Assembly (NCBI GenBank): GCA_051294905.1
Contig: CM119386.1
Span: 20,584,001 to 20,648,000 of the forward strand
DNA from: Botryllus schlosseri
Taxonomy: Eukaryota
Length of the DNA: 64,000 nt
Reading direction: 5' to 3'
Below the pieces are notes generated by a model. That model searched no databases. It saw only the letters and a program-made list of their open reading frames with translations, and was not told the origin of the DNA. How positions within the stretch are numbered: position 1 is the first letter of the stretch; each line of letters opens with the position of its first letter. Below are positions 57,901 through 64,000 of this stretch, piece after piece. Made by a program: the position numbers and the translations under genes.

Positions 57901-59432
57901 CGGGCGCTCCTGTGACATCTGGTCAAGCCTCAACAGGGCATTCCCCTGGCGCCGTGGATGCGCCTGCTGTATCAGAAATGAGCACAAATCCTGCAAAGAC
58001 GACTACTCAGGCAACGACGAAGGTTACTACTCCTCAGGACACTACTCCACAGACGAACATACCAGTGTCTACGGAACAATCAACAATAGTGACGACTTTA
58101 GCCGAATACACCACTTCAACCACTGCCGCACCTTCGACGGCCGCCACAACCGCAACTCCATCACCCCGGGACCCCGAGTCCGGCAGGGGAGAAACGACCG
58201 TAACCTTATCTGTGACTACGCCTGTCGGACCGACTAGTGCTCGAACGATGGAGCCTACCAGAATTGCGGGTGCTGCAGAGGATACTGAACAAGGGATGAC
58301 GGACAATGTCCCCTTCTTGTCCACTCGGACAAGAACGCCCGCCACTCAGGACCGAGCGAAGGCGACCACGGCAGAAACCGTATCGCCGAATTTGTACCTG
58401 ACCTTGGAACGCACCGACACTATACGGTCAACGAAGGGGTTTTCTGGAACGCTGTTGAATTTGCAGGGTGGGACCGGTGCGTGGGTACTTAGAGGGGTTT
58501 CTCAAACGGAACCTACACGTCCGGATATTACTACCCACCTCCATTGGGACCTCTCGGCGACCGGACCAAAGCAGCCAACAAAGGCCACCATACCCGAGTC
58601 GCCTACGACCATAACAATAAGCAGGGCTGTAACGGATGAAGCAAGGAGTTCAGATAACCTTACGACAGGACCTAGCATAACAACACGTCTACTAACCACC
58701 GGACGTGTTACCTCGCGATCTGCACATGACCTTGTTACGATGATTACGTCCACGACATCGACAGCGACTACGATGACCGATCCCGTCTTCGCGTCAATGG
58801 AGCCAACAGGTGGCGGAACTATGAGTAAAACTACACCAGGCGATACGGTCCTCGTGACCGCCGGAGAACAGCTTTTATCTACGAAACAGCTGGTGGGGAC
58901 ATTGGAGGCTTTCGTCACCGACGGGGTAACGACGCAGGCCCAAGCCTCGGGACGACGAGTGCGACCGACCCGTCCTTCTCGAACGCCGTGGGTCGCCGGG
59001 CCGACAAACGCCGACACCGTCTCGAGGTCTGGGCAAGCGACGCGGAGGACAGCAGGGTCCTTTTCGGATCTCACCTGGACACCGCGTGTCCAGGCTTCTG
59101 GGAAACCATCCCAGGATGGTTTCGGCTACCGCGACAGACTGAGGGAGCTGCTACAGATGGAGGAACAGTATTCGGTAAGACATATCTTTTCCCCTACACT
59201 AGATAACGGGGGAGGGGTTGTTAAACAAGGCCCGAAAACACAACATTCAATCGTTGTGGCAATGGGGCTGGTGGCAGTAATAGTGTTTTTGTGGATTGCG
59301 GGTATGAAATACGGAAAATATAGGTCCATGGGTCAGGTAAAAAAGGTGCAAAAGAGGAACAATGAACAAATATGGACAGCGATGACGACGCTGCCTGAAG
59401 GGCCGGATTTGAAACCGAAAAAACAAGCATGA
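54969..59432 (+). CDS. Second envelope glycoprotein with very long mucin-like stalk, 1487 aa
   Basis: N-terminal part aligns with 5155-8298; Tyr/acidic patch; long Thr-rich region; TM IVVAMGLVAVIVFLWIAGM. Confidence 0.85.
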   Translation: MRITTYPNGCGPGQTLLMVVWISFVKPQTNEALLPLSVMHAENMENFNLTGWTLLGDQVQRTVSLNQLFRLSGKWPEGLAERRFPILVESPTFGQMRAGRGRLYKLLADLNHGARYWDSARGYERACRCDRRTSGILPNLSLRALFGNTTYHRNKSFGLIHTWEHEKTPGQPFPLDPGIRQVLTVLKILVMNMLARYATVRLTCEFHSNGVEGWIVKTHRFQTCANSESRGMSCVGCAIAGRRLIANALGRDIVILEIDDSIRGTDADIQLTDSYNQWPGGVPVPLLESDLVWLRARNKTGPRDRPVNFDGHGRYRRKIHALIRFLNRDAQTLNNDKNFPTLLQGSLRCERKKNKRKCRNAVGGLKVALAYGEVTYDPYENQPVFADHRYGRMYITSLGIDDQGTTSRNSSMGRLPCDRAEGLRPLMVSATAENSGRENKNIKDWLTRLGAFYVTRVRRILGEAAAPMTKMRENHAGWNQSLTPLEVLPFQWALRVNQTREKQRDKVNMALLNYMATQKLREARQFELKLFKPRTAYKALLCEGKMIYIPHATYPATTTEPLPPPLTPRARTKTASATPTTPHETDREEDSDFAYDEDYYEYAYDYNNSWYEPEYNESGYGDYYSDEYSAVAEEETSDRLLVHRSTIATTRGTQPTSLSSSEVSAIAQETSVRITTPVRVPVSSTTGFESTNHRLATRSVAWPTHVSTSEILMTTQSQTPAAPGPFTTQQTNPVTTSRSGTGDTLQTDSRPTSGSTTTSPPTVDNQTSAEFFTGTSGVSTVPKMSATLTKMTTWETTKVTLLQETTHQTRVPVASELSAVETTVFEPATITDATAPRTTEGTYWLPTTTVTTENTVFPDTTTHLATTRLRYSEKPSKQTRRTPLLGQETAFAAVEASPEGPTTFVPSMSTTEALIATTPTAIISVASLKLAQGDSTVNTKGSQITSTPRDTTTDLVRYTKRVETTAAAMATTGSTAAAGAPVTSGQASTGHSPGAVDAPAVSEMSTNPAKTTTQATTKVTTPQDTTPQTNIPVSTEQSTIVTTLAEYTTSTTAAPSTAATTATPSPRDPESGRGETTVTLSVTTPVGPTSARTMEPTRIAGAAEDTEQGMTDNVPFLSTRTRTPATQDRAKATTAETVSPNLYLTLERTDTIRSTKGFSGTLLNLQGGTGAWVLRGVSQTEPTRPDITTHLHWDLSATGPKQPTKATIPESPTTITISRAVTDEARSSDNLTTGPSITTRLLTTGRVTSRSAHDLVTMITSTTSTATTMTDPVFASMEPTGGGTMSKTTPGDTVLVTAGEQLLSTKQLVGTLEAFVTDGVTTQAQASGRRVRPTRPSRTPWVAGPTNADTVSRSGQATRRTAGSFSDLTWTPRVQASGKPSQDGFGYRDRLRELLQMEEQYSVRHIFSPTLDNGGGVVKQGPKTQHSIVVAMGLVAVIVFLWIAGMKYGKYRSMGQVKKVQKRNNEQIWTAMTTLPEGPDLKPKKQA

Positions 59433-59732
59433 CGGTAAGGGAATTTGTTTTCTGTAAAGATGAATGACTGTGTTGAACAATTATTAACAATAATTACCAA
59501 GAGTTAACAATAATTGATGATAATTAACGAAAATTGACGATAATTAACAGAGTGAACCAACGGCAGCCCAGTTTAACCGAAGGTGAACTGGTCTGACCGA
59601 GAATAACCTACTTTGAACTAGGGAAACCTACTGCAAAAGGTAATAGCGTAATCACATACTTGCAAGCATTACATCAACGCGGACTGACGCACAGTGACGC
59701 ACAATGACGCGTTACCACTTCCGCCCGAAAGC

Positions 59733-59740
59733 TATATAAA
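59733..59740 (+). promoter_or_regulatory. TATA box candidate
   Basis: TATATAAA preceded by three TGACGC and CACTTCCG motifs (59685-59725). Confidence 0.5.
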
Positions 59741-59764
59741 CGGCTACAGAAAAGACATAGAGTC

Positions 59765-60060
59765 ACTTAGATCTAGGGATAGCTAGGGGTAGGTCGTCTA
59801 GAATAGATAGCTTAGGCTATAGGGCCGGTTGGCCATAGGCTAATGCATAGGCCGTAGACTTAGACTTAGATCTAGGGATAGCTAGGGGTAGGTCGTCTAG
59901 TATAGATAGCTTAGGCTATAGGGCCGATTGGCCATAGGCTAATGTATAGGACGTAGACTTAGAGTTAACGCTAGGCATAGCTAGGGGTAGGACGTGTAGG
60001 CCTAAGCTTAGACATAAGCATAGGGGTAGACTTAGGAATAGTCGCAGTTATAGGCATAGG
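59765..60060. repeat. ~101-bp direct repeat, two near-identical copies plus a degenerate third
   Basis: CTTAGATCTAGGGATAGCTAGGGGTAGGTCGTCTAG...GGCCATAGGCTAATG at ~59766 and ~59867. Confidence 0.85.
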
Positions 60061-60439
60061 GGCCGGCATGCTGACGGGTCCCGTTAGCATGCCGGGTTAG
60101 TTAACCATACACATAGGCAATAGGGTTAGGGATAGGTATACACTTAGGTATAGGAATAAAGATAAGGATAAACACAAACATGGGGAATGTCAGTTAGCGA
60201 TTGGACGCCGTCGAGATCAGAGGTCATGGACAAGGACAGAAGACGAAGACGAAGACATAGGATGGACGCAGGCATACTAACGGAGGAATCTGTGAGTACA
60301 TTAACACATTGTTATATCCTGATAACTTGTAGCGAGCACGTTAGGAATCTTGTTGTGTCAATCGGCAGTTGACCTATTCGAGTTGTGCGTTTGCTAAATC
60401 AATAAAATCAACCAACGAAACAACGCGCGCGTATCAAGT

Positions 60440-61030
60440 CAGGAAACATCATTTCCTGTTGTTCACATATTATGAAACTGTGACGCACGGCTTCGCTTCA
60501 AGCCGAAGTAAACATTTCCTGTTTTTCGCATTTCATGAAGATGTGACGCACGACTCCGCGTTGAGTCGAGGAAAACATTTCCTGTTATTCGCGTTCAATG
60601 AGGTTGTGACGCGCGACTTAGTATCAAATCGAGGACAGCATTTCCTGTTATTCGCGTTCAATGAGGTTGTGACGCGCGACTTAGTATCAAATCGAGGACA
60701 GCATTTCCTGTTGTTCGCGTTTCGCGAGGCTGTGACGCACGGCTGCGCTTCAAGTCGGAGGAAAACATTTCCTGTTGTTCACAAATCATGAAACCATGAC
60801 GCACGACTTCATGCCAATCCGGGGTAAACATTTCCTGTTGATGGCATATCATAGCAACTATGACGTGCGACCATGGGTTGAGTCGAGAAAAACATTTCCT
60901 GTTGTTCGCATTTCATGAAGCTGTGACCCACGACTCCTCGTTAAATCGAAGTAAATATTTCCTGTTGTTGGAACATCATAATGCTGTGACGCACGGCTTC
61001 ACGTCAAACCGAGGCAATCATTTCCTGTCA
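60440..61030. repeat. About ten ~63-bp tandem repeats, enhancer-like
   Basis: Recurring CATTTCCTGTT and GTGACGC every ~63 bp, ending ~40 nt before TATATA at 61070-61075. Confidence 0.9.
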
Positions 61031-61285
61031 TTGGTAACCCACATCCTCACTTCACTTCCTGAGTTTGGGTATATAGGTAGGGCAGAATAGCAACTAATGT
61101 TCACTCTGGTATAGCTATACCTGTTGGAAGGTTAGGCTAGAGGCTGCTCATGCCTGTTGCTGTAACATAGGAATAAGGATTGGGAACTGTTATAATAAGA
61201 TCAAGTGAACCTTTGTAAATTAAATAACTTCAATTTGATATTCTATTAAGATCGATTGCTAAACTACTGACTAGTCACCAAGATA

Positions 61286-61654
61286 ATGGCTGTGTGCTCC
61301 GCTATGGAAACATATACAATCGAGGGTGATGAAAAGCTGTTACCCGGTAGATGTGTTGTAGTATTGGAAAGAATCGATGAAAAACCAGTCATGGGGGGTC
61401 TCTCGATTACCAGTCAAAGTTTACCAAGACCATCACCTCAGATGGTAATGGTGAAAGTGGAAAGGGAAGAAGTCGAAAAGGCATGGATAGAATCCCTGAA
61501 TTCCCCAATGGCCATAGATTGGAGGCCACAAACTGAAGTTAGAATCTGGCGTCCCTGGGAGACATGTACAACCACTACCACGACTGTAACTACCATAGCT
61601 GAATTATCGGTGACTGGCGTATGGGAAATGTTGGATGAAAATATGGAATTGTAA
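61286..61654 (+). CDS. Accessory ORF 1, 122 aa
   Basis: ataATGGCT start; TYTIEGDEKLLPGRCVVVLER motif shared with downstream ORFs. Confidence 0.6.
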   Translation: MAVCSAMETYTIEGDEKLLPGRCVVVLERIDEKPVMGGLSITSQSLPRPSPQMVMVKVEREEVEKAWIESLNSPMAIDWRPQTEVRIWRPWETCTTTTTTVTTIAELSVTGVWEMLDENMEL

Positions 61655-61727
61655 TTGTAAAACGTTCATGTCTGTGCTGTAAAAAACTATATTCATTTTA
61701 AAGAACTATTGTATAATAACTTTGATA

Positions 61728-62276
61728 ATGGCTGAATCCACAGAAGTGAACGAATTCCCGACTATGCCCATTTTGGAGAATGAACAACTAATGACGGGCA
61801 AATGGTCAATAGGAATAAGGCTTGCGGATTCTCAAATCGCCGAGGTTGCCAGAATGTCGGAAATAAGGAACCTTGAGACCCCGGACGATACAGAAAGACT
61901 TATGAAAAAAATCGAAATGTGCGAAGCCATGGCCGCGCTCGTAGATGATAGAAATGTCCTTCCGGGAGAATGGGGGGATTGGGTTGAAATAATCCAGGGA
62001 GCACAGGCAGAATTCTCTAAAAATTATAAGAGATTTTCTGATGCCCTGGAGGAACTAAAGTTTTGGTCCATCGACAGAACAGAGATGAATGAATTTCTAA
62101 AAACCCATTGGCCACCCCTTAATCCCTCCCTGGGTATCACACCTTCCACCCCTGCACCAAAAGACGGACCGAAAATCAAGCACAAAGCGCCGCGTAAGCA
62201 AGACAACTCGGACAGACGAATGACCCGACAAACGACTAAGAAACTTTCACGCGTAATACGGCGGTTGGAGTTTTGA
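61728..62276 (+). CDS. Accessory ORF 2, ~182 aa
   Basis: ataATGGCT start; EQLMTGKWSIGI and EMNEFLKTHWPP motifs shared with ORF 3; basic tail; AATAAA near 62312. Confidence 0.7.
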   Translation: MAESTEVNEFPTMPILENEQLMTGKWSIGIRLADSQIAEVARMSEIRNLETPDDTERLMKKIEMCEAMAALVDDRNVLPGEWGDWVEIIQGAQAEFSKNYKRFSDALEELKFWSIDRTEMNEFLKTHWPPLNPSLGITPSTPAPKDGPKIKHKAPRKQDNSDRRMTRQTTKKLSRVIRRLEF

Positions 62277-62424
62277 CTCCTCGAACGATAGGCTAAATCT
62301 GTTTTAAACTGAATAAAAACTGTTTTCGAAACTTTGTTTTGAGTTTTATTTTGGTGTCATGACGTATTGTATCTGTTTTTAAGGGAAAAATTAAATTAAG
62401 AGAATTACTAGACGTCCGTCACGT

Positions 62425-62991
62425 ATGGCTAGATTCGGATTACCAACTGTTGAGAAGGTATATACGATTGACACTGAATGGACTAATGAAAAATTGAGAA
62501 ATGGAAAACTTGGTGTGAAAATAAAACGAAGAGATGTTAAAAATATTGATGAAGATGAGAAATTGAAAAAAGGAAAATGGACTGTAGAAATAACTCGGGA
62601 AGACGTTCGGGCGGCCATGGCAAAACTCCCTAGAAACCCCAGATCGGATCGAATGAAAAGAACAAGAGAAATTATAAATAACAAAAAACGTGCAAAACTT
62701 GCGCGAATGGCACACGCAAATGCCGTACTCACAATGACTCGCTATAAGACGAACAAAGAATCTTGGCGGGCGTATAATAACTTGAGTGCATCTATGAAGG
62801 GTTTGAGTTTGCTATGCGCAAACGAGATGGAAGTGGATGAGTTCCTGGAGAACAATTGGTCTCCAGATGCCCCAACAATACAGACCCTAGAAGAAAACTT
62901 CGACGTCGGCCTATTCTTGGAAATAGACGGTCGAGACGAGTTGCCCGGTCTGGATTCCCTAGGAGATGAATATATGGAAATGTGCCACTAG
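62425..62991 (+). CDS. Accessory ORF 3, 188 aa
   Basis: cgtATGGCT start; EKLRNGKLGVKI, EKLKKGKWTVEI and EVDEFLENNWSP motifs. Confidence 0.7.
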   Translation: MARFGLPTVEKVYTIDTEWTNEKLRNGKLGVKIKRRDVKNIDEDEKLKKGKWTVEITREDVRAAMAKLPRNPRSDRMKRTREIINNKKRAKLARMAHANAVLTMTRYKTNKESWRAYNNLSASMKGLSLLCANEMEVDEFLENNWSPDAPTIQTLEENFDVGLFLEIDGRDELPGLDSLGDEYMEMCH

Positions 62992-63135
62992 AACTTAATT
63001 GTGTGTCGTTGCTTCTGTGTATCATTGTTTCGTGGTCACATTTTCGTGAACTGTACTGATTTGTATTTAAGGAAATTTAAGGTTATAAGGAAATATAAGG
63101 AAAATAATATTAAACGGAATCTTGACCTAGTTACA

Positions 63136-63555
63136 ATGTGTTATGGCCTTGGTTGCAACCCTGGGACAGATCACAGCGCAGGTCAAGAATGGGCAAAGAA
63201 GTGGCCACTTGAGGCCAGACAGCGATTGGTAATGGGAGCGATCGACACATCGACTGTTAGAAAACATCTGATGGGTTTGTTATTGGGTATACGGACTAGG
63301 AATAATCCTAGGGTACGCTATTGGCGACAACGCACATTATCAAAGGGGAACCAGCGCGAATGGGTGGAGACGTTATCACCCTCGTATAGACAACAACTGA
63401 AGGTGGAAATAGAGAAGCTCATCGATCCGGCAATAAATCAGGAAGACCAACAGTCGCAACTGCAGGAAGGCGCCACTCTGACGACGCCACCGCAACGTCC
63501 GCCTACACGTCAAACGCTGGAACCGGTAGGAAACGCTGAAAGCAGCGTCGGGTAG
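63136..63555 (+). CDS. Accessory ORF 4, ~139 aa; homologue of 21758-22264
   Basis: First ATG in frame at 63136 (MCYGLGCNPGTDH); shared motifs with the element A ORF. Confidence 0.65.
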   Translation: MCYGLGCNPGTDHSAGQEWAKKWPLEARQRLVMGAIDTSTVRKHLMGLLLGIRTRNNPRVRYWRQRTLSKGNQREWVETLSPSYRQQLKVEIEKLIDPAINQEDQQSQLQEGATLTTPPQRPPTRQTLEPVGNAESSVG

Positions 63556-64000
63556 GAATTTTGTTTTTTATTAGGACGATATACCTGGCTGACTGGGACT
63601 TAGGACAATTTTATCAATTCGGCATCCCTGTCAAGCCAAACTAAACGGAAGTGTCAGAGCCAGAATACGGTGGAACTTGGGAATAGCCCAAAAGTAGAAG
63701 CCGTATTCTTGTATTTTATATTATTATGTATACGGAATTAATATATAGTTACATAAACAACCATGTGAAGATACTGAACAGCAAAAGGCAACCGCCTAAT
63801 AAACCTAGAATATGTCTACGTTTCAATGTTGGTATTGTTTACCGTCGGTCGTTGTGTCCGGTTTTAACGAATGGTAGTAGTTGATTAACTTCGTGCAATA
63901 ACCCTGACAGCCACCCGTCCCGTGAAGAATCACCTTATAAACAATATGAAATATTTTCGCTTATCTTTTTATTTTATTTGAATTTTCTTGTTACTTATTT

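Larger units (their letters stand above)
51160..64000 (+). mobile_element. Element C: 3' half of a relative of element A (transposase-env1-env2-arrays-accessory ORFs), running off the window; its own gag-pol is missing
   Basis: Same gene order and splice signals as element A. Confidence 0.85.

Noticed and set aside
5082-59490. Numerous 60-190-aa ORFs antisense to or overlapping the long genes
   Set aside because: Expected shadow ORFs in GC-richer coding DNA; none showed motifs or conservation between copies.
60369-61090. Repeat-peptide ORFs (HFLLFAFHEAVTH) at 60369-60791 and 60860-61090
   Set aside because: They are a by-product of the 63-bp period; the first starts at TTG, and the conserved bases look like transcription-factor sites rather than codons.

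Overview
AT-rich eukaryotic (probably invertebrate animal) genomic DNA dominated by mobile elements; no RNA genes or CRISPR arrays were seen. The main content is three pieces of one unusual family of enveloped reverse-transcribing elements. Element A (minus strand, ~22600 to ~4700) reads: accessory ORFs, tandem arrays and TATA box, tRNA primer-binding site, small membrane ORF, gag, -1 frameshift, pol, Merlin/IS1595-type DDE transposase, class I fusion Env, second mucin-like glycoprotein. Its Pol is protease-RT-RNase H followed by a Tpt1/KptA (NAD-dependent RNA 2'-phosphotransferase)-like domain, with no retroviral integrase. Element B (minus, 47191-~50960) is a decayed, more AT-rich gag-3'/pol relative with the same Tpt1-like end and no integrase. 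Element C (plus, 51160 to window end) carries the same transposase-Env-glycoprotein module, then enhancer-like arrays and four accessory ORFs. A and C share splice signals at homologous positions. The two glycoproteins are paralogues in their N-terminal domain. The window also holds a near-complete L2/Crack-like LINE with one nonsense codon, a 5'-truncated I-group LINE with a 12-bp TSD, and two hAT-like MITEs. All family assignments come from motifs read by eye; no database search was run.
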